A stretch of 64,000 nt of DNA from Actinomycetota bacterium (GCA_023489235.1 JAMDDE010000012.1:34570-98569), one strand, 5' to 3'; shown: positions 36,000 through 45,502, numbered from the stretch's first letter. Notes: a model not told the origin generated them from the sequence alone. Made by a program: numbers and translations.

Positions 36000-38423
36000 A
36001 TGGACGAGATAATTGAGGAGTTTCTAACTGAAACCAATGAGAACCTTGATCAACTGGATCAGGATCTAGTTGCCTTGGAACAGGATCCGACCTCAGTTGA
36101 GCTCCTGGGAAGCATATTCCGTACTATGCACACGTTGAAAGGCACGAGCGGTTTTCTTGGTTTCAACAAGTTGGAGGAACTTGCCCATGCTGCCGAGAGT
36201 TTGTTGAGCAAGCTACGGGACGGCATTCTCTTCCTCACTCCTCAACGCGTAGACGTGCTACTGGCTGTAGTGGATGAAGTAAGGGGTTTGCTAGCTTCGA
36301 TAGAGGCTAATGAGTGCGAGGACGATCGAGACCTTGCAGGTCTGCTCCTCCGACTAGAGGAGCTCCAGTCGGATGACGCAGCTGCTCCACCATCGTCGCC
36401 TGCTGATGTCCCTCAGCCGTCATCAGATGCAGATCTACCAGTTGTTGTCTCATCGGAAGGCTCTATTGAGTCCCAGTCGGAGGAGAGTCCTTTCCCGGGG
36501 CGCGGTATTGAGCCGGAGGCCCAGTCTTCAGAGGTACAGGTCAACCTCCTTGCACAAGAACAGCACCTCGATATAGAAGGCGAGCAACAAGACGAGGTCC
36601 AGTTCGGACAGCACCTAGAGGGTGAAGGTGGGCAACGCGACGATACAGAAGGTGAGCAACAAGACGAACAGGATCGCTCCAACGAGCCCCATCGTAGTGT
36701 CACTGATCGTAGTATCAGGGTGGATGTAGATCTCCTGGATGCCCTCATGAGACAGGTGGGCGAATTGGTCCTAGCCCGTAACCAGCTCATGTCCCATCCC
36801 GGAATCTCTGCTGACCAAGCATTTTATCAAACTGTGCAACGGCTCAGCTTGATCGTGAGCGAGCTGCAGGAAGGGGTCATGAAAACCAGGATGCAGCCGG
36901 TGGAACAGCTCTGGTCCAAGCTCCCCAGGATAGTGCGGGACCTCTGCAAGCAAAGCGGTAAAGAGGTCATCCTGGAGTTGGATGGTGGGGATACCGAGCT
37001 GGATCGCTCCTTGCTAGAGGCCATGAAGGATCCCTTCTTGCACTTGGTGAGGAACGCCGTTGATCATGGTATCGAGTCTCCCCAAGAAAGAGCCGAGCGA
37101 GGAAAACCTCGAGCAGGCACTCTGTCTGTCAAAGCATCCCATGAAGGGGGGCAGGTGGTCATCGAGGTTAGCGATGACGGTGCTGGGATAACCCCCTCCA
37201 AATTAGCGGCAGTAGCCGTGAAGCGGGGAGTAGTTTCCCAGGAGGAATTGGTCAGGATGTCTGAGAGGGAGATCATAGACTTGATCTTCCGACCTGGCTT
37301 CTCCACTGCCGAGAAGGTTACCAATGTCTCCGGACGTGGCGTGGGCATGGATGTGGTGAGAACGAACATAGAGCATATAGGCGGTTCCATAGACGTGAAC
37401 AGCACGCCAGGAGAAGGTACCACATTCCGTCTGAAGATACCTCTTACCTTGGCGATAATTCCGGCGTTGCTGGTTGGTTCTTCAGGTCATCGGTTTGCTA
37501 TTCCTCAAGCTAGCTTGTTGGAGATGGTCAGATTGGAGGGTAGCGAGGCACGTGCCCAAATCGAACTCATCGGCCAGTCCTCCATCTACCGTCTGCGAGG
37601 ACGGTTGCTGCCTCTCGTTCGTCTTGACGAGGTGCTCAAGCTGGATGACAAAGGATCCACGGGTCAGTCGGTAAACATAGTTGTACTACAAACTGATGAG
37701 GTCTCCTTCGGTCTGGTAGTGGATGAGGTATTCGATACCCAGGAGATAGTAGTCAAGCCATTGGGCCGTCACGTGAAGCATCTTCCCCTCTTTGCTGGAG
37801 CAACCATCCTAGGGGATGGCACTGTAGCCTTGATCTTGGACGTACCTGGCATGGCCAACTTGGTTGAGGTTGCCGAAGGAGCCTCTGTTGCCTCATCCTT
37901 GGCAGGAATGGAAGCAGACCATGCAGGTCGGGTTGGTGAACTAGCTAGTCCATTGCTTGTATTACGCGTCGGCACCAACAGGAAAGTAGCTGTGAACTTG
38001 GCTGACGTTGCTCGCCTGGAAGAAGTTTCCTCTGCTCAGATAGAACATGCAGGAGGGCGCGAAGTGGTTCAATACAGGGGTCAGCTCCTCTCATTGGTAC
38101 GTCTCGAGGATGTCTTGGAGCTGAGCCCCAAGGAGCGGGTGCAGGATATGGATACCTTGCCAGTAGTGGTGTTTTCGACCGATGCGGGTCTCTATGGTTT
38201 GGTTGCCTCCGAGATCTTGGACATAGTTACCTCCAAGGTGGAGATCGAGCACCTAGGCGACTCGCCAGGAATCACCGGTTCCATGATCATATCCGGGATG
38301 GCCATAGACATGCTGGATGTCGATGCAGCAATAGCTTTCGTCAACAGAGGACATTCATCCAACGGCAGTAAGGAGTTGGGTGATTCTCTTGTAGAGCTGG
38401 AGGTAGCGACCAGTGCCTCATGA
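36000..38423 (+). CDS. cheA: chemotaxis histidine kinase CheA
   Basis: Hpt domain (FRTMHTLKGTSGFLGF), dimerisation and HATPase domains (HLVRNAVDHGIE, DDGAGI, GRGVGMDVV, GEGTTFRL), and a C-terminal double CheW-like domain. An acidic repeat-containing linker spans ~36370-36700. Confidence 0.93.
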   Translation: MDEIIEEFLTETNENLDQLDQDLVALEQDPTSVELLGSIFRTMHTLKGTSGFLGFNKLEELAHAAESLLSKLRDGILFLTPQRVDVLLAVVDEVRGLLASIEANECEDDRDLAGLLLRLEELQSDDAAAPPSSPADVPQPSSDADLPVVVSSEGSIESQSEESPFPGRGIEPEAQSSEVQVNLLAQEQHLDIEGEQQDEVQFGQHLEGEGGQRDDTEGEQQDEQDRSNEPHRSVTDRSIRVDVDLLDALMRQVGELVLARNQLMSHPGISADQAFYQTVQRLSLIVSELQEGVMKTRMQPVEQLWSKLPRIVRDLCKQSGKEVILELDGGDTELDRSLLEAMKDPFLHLVRNAVDHGIESPQERAERGKPRAGTLSVKASHEGGQVVIEVSDDGAGITPSKLAAVAVKRGVVSQEELVRMSEREIIDLIFRPGFSTAEKVTNVSGRGVGMDVVRTNIEHIGGSIDVNSTPGEGTTFRLKIPLTLAIIPALLVGSSGHRFAIPQASLLEMVRLEGSEARAQIELIGQSSIYRLRGRLLPLVRLDEVLKLDDKGSTGQSVNIVVLQTDEVSFGLVVDEVFDTQEIVVKPLGRHVKHLPLFAGATILGDGTVALILDVPGMANLVEVAEGASVASSLAGMEADHAGRVGELASPLLVLRVGTNRKVAVNLADVARLEEVSSAQIEHAGGREVVQYRGQLLSLVRLEDVLELSPKERVQDMDTLPVVVFSTDAGLYGLVASEILDIVTSKVEIEHLGDSPGITGSMIISGMAIDMLDVDAAIAFVNRGHSSNGSKELGDSLVELEVATSAS

Positions 38424-38919
38424 CAACCGTGCAACTTCGAGAAGCAAGAAAACTACTCAGTTGTGCACATTCAGGGTGGGCAACATCTTGGTAGGCATCG
38501 AGGTGGATAGGGTACAGGAGATAAACCGTGATCAAGCAATGACCACCGTTCCCTTGGCTGCGCCGGAGATCAAGGGACTCATCAATCTTCGTGGTCAAAT
38601 CGTTACCGCTATCGACCTTCGGTATCGACTCGGATTTCCTGAACGAGGAGAGGGGGAGAAGGTCATGAATGCCGTTGTGCATAGCGGCGAGGAAATCGTC
38701 AGTTTGCTCGTGGACGAGGCAGGGGATGTCGTCGAGGTAGAGGAGGACGACTATGAACCCGTACCACCGAATGTATCCCCTGTGATTCGCAGGTTTGCCT
38801 CCGGTACCTACAAGCTGGATAACGAGCTGTTGTTGATGCTGGATGCCGATGAGGTAATCGACGGTGATTTCAGTGAGCAAGGCTTCACTAACGGCTATGG
38901 AGGAAAGAGGCTTCAGTGA
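38413..38919 (+). CDS. cheW: chemotaxis coupling protein CheW
   Basis: LCTFRVGNILVGIEVDRVQEI...PLAAPEIKGLINLRGQIVTAIDLR. The GTG start overlaps the end of cheA. Confidence 0.9.
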   Translation: MPHDNRATSRSKKTTQLCTFRVGNILVGIEVDRVQEINRDQAMTTVPLAAPEIKGLINLRGQIVTAIDLRYRLGFPERGEGEKVMNAVVHSGEEIVSLLVDEAGDVVEVEEDDYEPVPPNVSPVIRRFASGTYKLDNELLLMLDADEVIDGDFSEQGFTNGYGGKRLQ

Positions 38920-39000
38920 TGGTTGAGCTAGAAGCCTTGGACGACGGAAATGCCCATTGCTGCTTGCAGCATTGGTGGTATGACAAATTTTAGGAGCTCG

Positions 39001-40125
39001 ATGGGTCTTTCTTCTCCGATTCGCGTTCTTTTAGTGGATGACTCTGCGGTCATGCGCCGTCTGCTCATGGGGGTATTCGAGACCGAGGCTGACATCGAAA
39101 TCGTGGGGACGGCTAACAATGGGCGCATGGCCTTGGAACGGTTGGAAGCCTTGAAGCCGGATATCATGGTCCTGGATGTGGAGATGCCCGTTCTCGATGG
39201 CCTGGGCACCCTCAAGGAACTGCGTCCTCATTGGCCACGCCTCCCAGTCATCATGTTCAGTAGTTTGACCGAGAAGGGAGCAGCGGCCACCCTTGATGCT
39301 TTGGCCTTGGGCGCTACTGACTATGTGACCAAGCCCAGTCATGTTAGCAATCGGGAAGAGGCTGAAGCAGTGGTGCGAGTCCAACTGGTTCCCTTGATCA
39401 GATCCTGGGGAGCCATCTCTCGTACGCGAAGAGATGGCGCAGTCCCTTCGCGAAATGCTGCTCCCCTTGCACCAACAAGCACAGAGGTGGTTCAACCGCC
39501 AATCCAGCTGAAGCCACCCAGAGAAGCAATCCCGCCCAAAGCAGTAGTGATAGGTTCCTCTACAGGTGGTCCCAATGCTTTGAGCGAGCTGATTCCCATA
39601 CTGCCAGGTGGGTTGCAAGTCCCCATCTTCATCGTTCAGCACATGCCTCCCCTTTTCACCAAGTTGTTGGCTGAACGACTAGATCAACGCTCCTCGCTCT
39701 CCGTTGTAGAAGCCCAGCCAGGCATGACTGCTAGAGCCGGTCAAGTTTATGTCGCTCCTGGCGGCGTCCATCTAGTGGTTCGCTCTCGTGCTGGAGAGGT
39801 GATCGTGGACAGCGATGATGGTCCTCCGGAGAATTCGGTGAAGCCATCGGTGGATGTGCTGTTCCGCAGTGCAGTAGAGGTGTGGGGAGGCGCACTTTTA
39901 GGGGTGGTGCTTACTGGCATGGGCCAGGATGGATTGCTTGGAGCAAGAAAGATTGTCAGTGCAGGGGGGAGAGTAGTAGTGCAGGACGAAGCTACCTCAG
40001 TGGTGTGGGGCATGCCTGGAGCTATCGCCAAGGAGAACATCGCTACCGAAGTGCTTCCCTTGCAAGAGATTGGCCTAGCTATTACCCGTTATGTTGGTCA
40101 ACCAGTACTAGGAAGGCATTCATGA
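39001..40125 (+). CDS. cheB: protein-glutamate methylesterase CheB
   Basis: REC domain (VLLVDDSAVMRR, IMVLDVEMPVLDG) plus the esterase domain (IGSSTGGPNAL, IVQHMPPLFT, GMGQDG). The ATG at 39001 has an AGGAG SD. The ORF-track start at 38950 is upstream. Confidence 0.9.
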   Translation: MGLSSPIRVLLVDDSAVMRRLLMGVFETEADIEIVGTANNGRMALERLEALKPDIMVLDVEMPVLDGLGTLKELRPHWPRLPVIMFSSLTEKGAAATLDALALGATDYVTKPSHVSNREEAEAVVRVQLVPLIRSWGAISRTRRDGAVPSRNAAPLAPTSTEVVQPPIQLKPPREAIPPKAVVIGSSTGGPNALSELIPILPGGLQVPIFIVQHMPPLFTKLLAERLDQRSSLSVVEAQPGMTARAGQVYVAPGGVHLVVRSRAGEVIVDSDDGPPENSVKPSVDVLFRSAVEVWGGALLGVVLTGMGQDGLLGARKIVSAGGRVVVQDEATSVVWGMPGAIAKENIATEVLPLQEIGLAITRYVGQPVLGRHS

Positions 40126-40952
40126 CCTTAGCCCCCAAAGACGTATCTTATGTGCGCGAGCTTGTATTCGATCGCTCAGCAATAGTATTGGGAGAGGACA
40201 AGCAGTACCTAGTGGAGTCCCGCATTACCATGTTGGCTAGAGATCTAGGCCTTGGCTCCGCAGAGGAGGTGATAGCCCGACTCAAGCGCGATGGAGATCG
40301 CACCTTGGAGGAGAGGGTCATAGAGGCCATGACCACCAATGAGACCTCTTGGTTCAGGGACGTCCATCCCTTCAATGCCTTGAAATCGGTTATCATACCC
40401 GAGGCTATGGAGCGCAATGCAGCCAAGAGATCCCTTGCCATTTGGAGCGCCGCTTGCTCTACCGGACAGGAACTCTATTCAGTGGCTATGATGCTGGACT
40501 CTGACTTTCCCGAGTTGTCCAGCTGGAAGCTTGACCTGGTTGGTACCGACATATCTCGCAAAGCAGTGGAGAAGGCACAGTCGGGGTTGTTCACGGGACT
40601 GGAGATCAATAGGGGATTGCCAGCAACGATGCTTGTCCGCTATTTCGTAAGGGATGGATCCGGATATCGCATTCGAGATGACATCAGGAACAAGGTGCGT
40701 TTTGGGGTGCTCAATTTGATAGAACCATGGCCACCCATGCCTTTGTTCGACGTTATACTTCTGCGAAATGTGCTCATATACTTTGATATGGATACCAGAC
40801 GTCGTATACTTGGTCTGGCGAAGCAGCAATTAGTGCAGGGAGGGGTGCTTATCCTTGGTGGGGCAGAGAGCGTCCTTTCCTTGGTTGATGGGTTCGTTCC
40901 TGTGACTATTGGAACGACCACGGTATACCACAAGGACAAGGAGAACGTATGA
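40122..40952 (+). CDS. cheR: chemotaxis protein methyltransferase CheR
   Basis: MTTNETSWFRD, IWSAACSTGQELYS, and LLRNVLIYFD SAM-MTase motifs. The ATG at 40122 overlaps the cheB stop (ATGA). The longer ORF-track reading (from 39882) runs inside cheB. Confidence 0.9.
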   Translation: MTLAPKDVSYVRELVFDRSAIVLGEDKQYLVESRITMLARDLGLGSAEEVIARLKRDGDRTLEERVIEAMTTNETSWFRDVHPFNALKSVIIPEAMERNAAKRSLAIWSAACSTGQELYSVAMMLDSDFPELSSWKLDLVGTDISRKAVEKAQSGLFTGLEINRGLPATMLVRYFVRDGSGYRIRDDIRNKVRFGVLNLIEPWPPMPLFDVILLRNVLIYFDMDTRRRILGLAKQQLVQGGVLILGGAESVLSLVDGFVPVTIGTTTVYHKDKENV

Positions 40953-41362
40953 CTCGTGCTCTGGTGGTTGACGATTCACGAGCGATGCGCTCTATCCTGA
41001 CCAGGATCCTGTCCAGCTTGGGTATGGAGGTGGTCGAAGCTGAGGATGGTCAATCCGCCTTGGCAAAGCTCCAACAGTTTCCTCCCTTTGACGTTGCTTT
41101 GGTGGATTGGCACATGCCAGGGATGACCGGCCTTGAGCTGATCTCCGACATGCACCGGCAGCCAAAGTGGAGATCGATGGCCATCATGATGGTCACCACT
41201 GAAAGCGACCAGTCACAGATCGTACGAGCACTCAATGCAGGTGCACACGAGTATCTAGTCAAGCCGTTCACTGCAGATGCAGTTGCAGAGAAGCTGTTGC
41301 TCCTGGGAGTCAAGTTCTCCAAGGGTAATGGATCAGAGTCGACCATGGGAGGTAATAATTGA
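40949..41362 (+). CDS. cheY: chemotaxis response regulator CheY
   Basis: Single REC domain: VVDDSRAMR, ALVDWHMPGMTG, MVTTES, YLVKPF. ATGA overlap with cheR. Confidence 0.9.
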   Translation: MTRALVVDDSRAMRSILTRILSSLGMEVVEAEDGQSALAKLQQFPPFDVALVDWHMPGMTGLELISDMHRQPKWRSMAIMMVTTESDQSQIVRALNAGAHEYLVKPFTADAVAEKLLLLGVKFSKGNGSESTMGGNN

Positions 41363-41838
41363 TGGCTACTTTATTGACCGCGGATATGATATCCGAGATA
41401 ACCTTGGAGACCTGGGAGGCCATTCTTGCTGAAGCAGGGTCCAGGCTTTCCCCCAAAGCCTCTCGTCCAGGTGAGGAAATTACCGGCTACGTGGACATAG
41501 CCGGTGCTTGGAGAGGCAATATAGGGCTTACTTGTTCGTTGGCTGCAGCCAAGCATGCTGCGTCCATCATGTTCGACATGGATGAATCCGAGTTAGGCCA
41601 ATCCGAGATCAACGATGCAATTGGCGAACTGGTCAATATCGTTGGCGGGAACATCAAGGCCTTGCTTCCTGCTCCTGCAGAGATGTCCATACCCCATGTC
41701 ATCGAAGGTAGTCCTGTTGACGACCCGGATCGTCCTCCACCGTTGAGAGAGGTGCGCTTTGAGTGGCTTGATGAATTGGTCATTGTCCGGGTATGGATGA
41801 TGCCTACCGATGAGGAGAGCTCGGACGAGGATGCTTGA
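41362..41838 (+). CDS. cheX: CheY-P phosphatase CheX
   Basis: CheX/CheC-type pattern: ITGYVDIAGAWRGNIGLTCS...AIGELVNIVGGNIKA. The ATG overlaps the cheY stop (TGATG). Confidence 0.8.
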   Translation: MATLLTADMISEITLETWEAILAEAGSRLSPKASRPGEEITGYVDIAGAWRGNIGLTCSLAAAKHAASIMFDMDESELGQSEINDAIGELVNIVGGNIKALLPAPAEMSIPHVIEGSPVDDPDRPPPLREVRFEWLDELVIVRVWMMPTDEESSDEDA

Positions 41839-41870
41839 CTCCTTGGAAACGAGCTAGTGAAGGAGGGAAG

Positions 41871-42719
41871 ATGGCCGGGGTCACCTCTAGTGGAATAGCG
41901 AACTTGAACAGGACTAGTCCCATAGATGAGCTGAGATCGAGGGCTCTGAATGCTGGTCGTGCCTTCCTGGGGGTCAACACGGTTGCAGCGAGGAGCAGGG
42001 TCATGACCTTGAACGCACAACTGGCTGCTTCCAAGCTGGGGACCCGGGGTGCTGCCTTCAATGTCGTGGCACAGGCTTTGGATGAGGTTGTGGGCAGGCT
42101 TACTGAACTGGTTGGAGCGGTAGAGAGGGGAAGGGCCACTGTCATAGGGGGAGTGGCCCGGTTCACTCAGATGGAGAACCAGCTCAAGCTTTATGGACGT
42201 GCCTTGGGCAGGGTATCCGAGCAGGGATCTGCTGTTGGAGTCTCCCTGGAGGATGCTTTGGATCCAACTAGCGGCAATCGATGGAAGGAGGCATTGGGGA
42301 AGTCTTCGGATCGATCCATAGAGGCTTTTCTATGGGGAGCCTTGCTGAGCTTGCGTGAAGAGATGTTGAATACTTTGGGCGATATCCGAAGCGCCACCAA
42401 GTCACTGGTTCATTTGATAGAACAGGTGGAGGTGTTGGCCGCCTCGCACGGATTCTTCATTGGTATCAATGGGGTGATCGAGGCTGCCTATGTGCGCCAG
42501 GAAGAGCTGGTGCAGTTGGCCAAGGATCTTCGTTCGTTGACGGACGAGATAAACCAAGCTGTGGCATCGGCGAGCCAGGAAACCAAGATGTTGAAGAGAC
42601 TTGCTGATGCTGCTGGTGGAGTACTTCATATAGAGAGCAGTACGAGCTATGTGGGTCGTACGGAAAGAGCTGTTGATGGTATCAATCAGCTATCGGAGAC
42701 AGGGAGGATCAGTCGATGA
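41871..42719 (+). CDS. soluble protein with divergent MCP-signalling-tip-like motifs (mini-receptor candidate)
   Basis: RSRVMTLNAQLAASKLGTRGAAFNVVAQALDEV keeps the spacing of the MCP hairpin tip [31 protein letters not shown] second, weaker copy is IGINGVIEAAYV...LAKDLRSL. There is no TM segment. The ATG at 41871 has an AAGGAGGG SD. Confidence 0.45.
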   Translation: MAGVTSSGIANLNRTSPIDELRSRALNAGRAFLGVNTVAARSRVMTLNAQLAASKLGTRGAAFNVVAQALDEVVGRLTELVGAVERGRATVIGGVARFTQMENQLKLYGRALGRVSEQGSAVGVSLEDALDPTSGNRWKEALGKSSDRSIEAFLWGALLSLREEMLNTLGDIRSATKSLVHLIEQVEVLAASHGFFIGINGVIEAAYVRQEELVQLAKDLRSLTDEINQAVASASQETKMLKRLADAAGGVLHIESSTSYVGRTERAVDGINQLSETGRISR

Positions 42720-43456
42720 TCAACGAGGTCTTGTTCGATAACGGGGTCAGGCGTTGGCAGTTCATAGGTAGGGATGCCGATAGACCCAGTGAACTGATTG
42801 ATACCAACGAGTACTTGGTTACCAACAACGGTAAAGGGCTGATACCTGATCCGGGGGGTATGGAGATATTTCCCGCTGTGGTAACAGCTATATCCGAGGA
42901 GTTCGCCGTTGACAATGTAGAGGTGCTGTTCGCCTCTCATCAGGACCCAGACGTATTCTCTTCCTTGGGACTATGGGTCAAGGTTTGTCCTGGAGCAGCA
43001 GTGTGGCTCTCCCGGATATGGGAGAAGTTCATGAGTCATTTCAGCTTTGGCACCAAGTTTCACTTGATCCCCGACGAAGGAGGGGTTTTGCCTTTGGGCG
43101 GAAGCAATGATTTACAGATCATCCCTGCTCACTACCTTCACTCATCCGGCAACTTTTCCATCTACGACCCTCAAGCCAAGATCCTGTGGAGCGGAGACAT
43201 AGGAGCTGCTCTCCTCCCACCAGATCACAGCGGGGTGTTCGTGAGTGATTTCTATGAGCATACCAAGTACATGGAGGGGTTCCATCGTCGCTGGATGCCC
43301 TCCCCTCAAGCACGAGATGCTTGGATAGCGCGAGTGAGCAGACTGGAGATAGACATGATCTGCCCACAGCACGGTGCCATCATTCGTGGCGAAGATGTAC
43401 ACCGGTTCTTTCAGTGGTTCTCCGAGCTGGAGTTGGCCAGCGCATTGCATATATGA
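42716..43456 (+). CDS. metallo-beta-lactamase-fold protein resembling the flavodiiron core / ODP family
   Basis: Ordered motifs of the MBL/di-iron fold: ASHQDPD (position of HxExDH), PAHYLHSSG, LWSGDIG, CPQHGAII. It has no flavodoxin domain. The ATG overlaps the stop of the preceding gene (ATGA). Confidence 0.55.
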   Translation: MINEVLFDNGVRRWQFIGRDADRPSELIDTNEYLVTNNGKGLIPDPGGMEIFPAVVTAISEEFAVDNVEVLFASHQDPDVFSSLGLWVKVCPGAAVWLSRIWEKFMSHFSFGTKFHLIPDEGGVLPLGGSNDLQIIPAHYLHSSGNFSIYDPQAKILWSGDIGAALLPPDHSGVFVSDFYEHTKYMEGFHRRWMPSPQARDAWIARVSRLEIDMICPQHGAIIRGEDVHRFFQWFSELELASALHI

Positions 43457-43462
43457 CTTGAC

Positions 43463-43502
43463 TGGTACGCGCCTTGTAAGCCATAAGCCAGGGCACGTAC
43501 CA
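43463..43502 (+). terminator. long imperfect hairpin after the last che-operon gene
   Basis: TGGTACG/CGTACCA outer stem plus 6 further inner pairs (including one G-U wobble) and a 12-nt loop, starting 7 nt after the stop codon. There is no U-tract. Confidence 0.4.
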
Positions 43503-43577
43503 TCAGGGTGCGCCTATGGGCAGTACAGCATATGCACGCTCCTTACGAGCAATGCCTTCTTCCCTGGAGAGGACCTC

Positions 43578-43625
43578 TGAAGGTTGTGTAAAGCATGGTT
43601 GTGAAGGTTGTGTAAAGCATGGTTG
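43578..43625. repeat. perfect 24-bp tandem duplication
   Basis: TGAAGGTTGTGTAAAGCATGGTTG x2, located between two convergent genes. Confidence 0.95.
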
Positions 43626-43633
43626 AGGTGGGA

Positions 43634-45502
43634 TCAGTAAGAGAAGAAAGCGAGCAGCTCCTGTAACTCAGCTGCCATTCGAGACAGGTCTCCAGCCGCC
43701 TTGGCCACCTCACCAGCACTTTGAGAGGTAGACCCAGCTACCTCTGCGACCGAGGTGATGTTCTGAGTAATCTCCGCACCTCCCTGTGCTGCTCCAGCCA
43801 TATTTCTGGCGATCTCGTTGGTGGTAGCCATCTGCTCCTCTACGGCAGATGCCACTGTAGCTTGGATGTCGTTGATCTTGGCAATGATAGAGGAGATCTG
43901 CCCTATCGCATCCACTGCACTTGCAGTGTTGGCTTGTATCGCCTCTATCTTGGTCGATATGTCTTCGGTGGCCGTTGCAGCCTCTCTAGCCAGGTCTTTC
44001 ACCTCTGCGGCCACAACAGCGAATCCCTTACCAGCTTCGCCAGCCCTAGCTGCTTCGATAGTAGCATTCAAGGCCAAGAGGTTGGTCTGCTCGGCTACCG
44101 AGGAGATGAGCTTGACTATGTCGCCAATTTCTGCAGAGGACTTGCCCAAGTTGGAGATGGTAGCGTTAGTAGAGTTAGCCATCTCTGCAGCCTCGGTGGC
44201 TATCATCGCCGCTTCCGAGGAACTCTTGGCTATCTCCCGGATGGAAGCGGTCAGCTCCTCGGCTGCTGCTGCGACAGTTTGGATGTTGCCACTCACCACG
44301 CTGGACGTTTCCGAGACGAGCCGTGCCTGGGCAGAGGTCTCGTCCGAGCCGGCCGACATTTGCACGGAGGTAGCAGTAAGTTCCTCGGCTGCTCCCGCTA
44401 GGCTCTCGATGCTCGAGTCGATGACCTTCACCCGTGAGCGCAGCTCGGTTATGTGCTGGCGGAGCTCTGCACCTAGTTTCCCGATCTCGTCTTCGGAGGA
44501 GATCGGTACATCCACCCGGAGATCCCCCGCGCTTACCGATCCCAGCGCCTTGCTGAAGGAAGCCAGCGGTCGAGTGATCGAACGGTTCATCAGCCACAGC
44601 CCGAAGAGCAAAGCGAACAAGGAGATAATGGGCAACAGTATATAGGTGTCTTCCAGCGTGGAGGAGATGGTGCCCAGTACGCCATGGGTAACCTTTGTGT
44701 CATTGGCCTGCAAGAGGCTGTTGATGTTGGTGAGATCGGCAACTAGCTTGTTGGAGATGTCATGGTTGGCAACGGTCTGGATCTGTTGGGCTTTGGTGAT
44801 GTCACTGTTGGCTACGGCAGTACGCAGCTCGTTGGTGAAGTTGTTGTAGGTGGCCAGGTCAGCCAAGGCGGCGCGGGCAAGGGAGCGAACCTTGGCAGTA
44901 GGGGCGGTGTGGGCAAGGCTGGTCAGCTCGGACACTGCCAGCTCGTGATCCTTGGCAATGGCCCGCCACTTGGAGCTCATGACACCGATGTTCGATACAG
45001 TCATTGGCATGGCGGCCCTAATCACCTCGGCGTTCGAGGTACCGTTGTCGGCAAGGTAGGCATTGTAAGCTGCGTTGGCCTCGCTGGAGGCTGCATAGGT
45101 TGCCGAGAGTTGATTGGTAGCCGACTTGGCCGACTCCATGCCCGCTATCATCATGGCAAACACGGCCAGCCAGACTACCCCTACTACCCCTCCTGTAGCT
45201 ATCAACTTGCTCTTCACGCTCAGGTTGGCCAGCCGTCTCCCTATGCCTCTACGCCGTCCGCCCTTGGCGAGGGGGGTTGGCTTCCCTTGTTTGGATGGAT
45301 CGCTTTGAGTATTGGAGAGCTTTCTCCCATTGGAGCCTGGCAGGGGAGGGACAAACGGAGCAGAGGCACTTTCACTGCTTTCAAAAGAGCGAGGGGAGGC
45401 TGAGCTTTCCGAAAGGCCATTGCCTGAGTGCCCCTCTAAGGCAATGGCAGAGATGCCATCCTCGTTTTCGCTGTTGGTTCTCACTTGCACAGCTTCCTCC
45501 AA
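43634..45502 (-). CDS. transmembrane methyl-accepting chemotaxis protein
   Basis: Two TM segments flank a ~190-aa extracytoplasmic domain, followed by a HAMP domain ([20 protein letters not shown]) and the signalling tip [33 protein letters not shown]. Confidence 0.92.
   Translation of the reverse strand: MEEAVQVRTNSENEDGISAIALEGHSGNGLSESSASPRSFESSESASAPFVPPLPGSNGRKLSNTQSDPSKQGKPTPLAKGGRRRGIGRRLANLSVKSKLIATGGVVGVVWLAVFAMMIAGMESAKSATNQLSATYAASSEANAAYNAYLADNGTSNAEVIRAAMPMTVSNIGVMSSKWRAIAKDHELAVSELTSLAHTAPTAKVRSLARAALADLATYNNFTNELRTAVANSDITKAQQIQTVANHDISNKLVADLTNINSLLQANDTKVTHGVLGTISSTLEDTYILLPIISLFALLFGLWLMNRSITRPLASFSKALGSVSAGDLRVDVPISSEDEIGKLGAELRQHITELRSRVKVIDSSIESLAGAAEELTATSVQMSAGSDETSAQARLVSETSSVVSGNIQTVAAAAEELTASIREIAKSSSEAAMIATEAAEMANSTNATISNLGKSSAEIGDIVKLISSVAEQTNLLALNATIEAARAGEAGKGFAVVAAEVKDLAREAATATEDISTKIEAIQANTASAVDAIGQISSIIAKINDIQATVASAVEEQMATTNEIARNMAGAAQGGAEITQNITSVAEVAGSTSQSAGEVAKAAGDLSRMAAELQELLAFFSY

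Noticed and set aside
38341-39642. Minus-strand ORFs of 179 and 203 aa inside cheW and cheB
   Set aside because: They are antisense to genes with clear CheW and CheB signatures. They have no start-site context or homology.
39882-40121. Long version of the cheR ORF starting at 39882
   Set aside because: Its first 80 codons run out of frame through the conserved C-terminus of cheB. CheR homology starts at the ATG at 40122, which overlaps the cheB stop (ATGA).
43721-45403. Long plus-strand ORFs (226, 275 and 213 aa) lying inside the minus-strand MCP gene
   Set aside because: They are antisense to a gene with unmistakable MCP motifs ([19 protein letters not shown] tip). Their products are low-complexity Ser/Ala/Val/Leu strings of the kind produced by reading Ala/Glu-rich coiled-coil genes backwards. 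They have no SD or homology signal.
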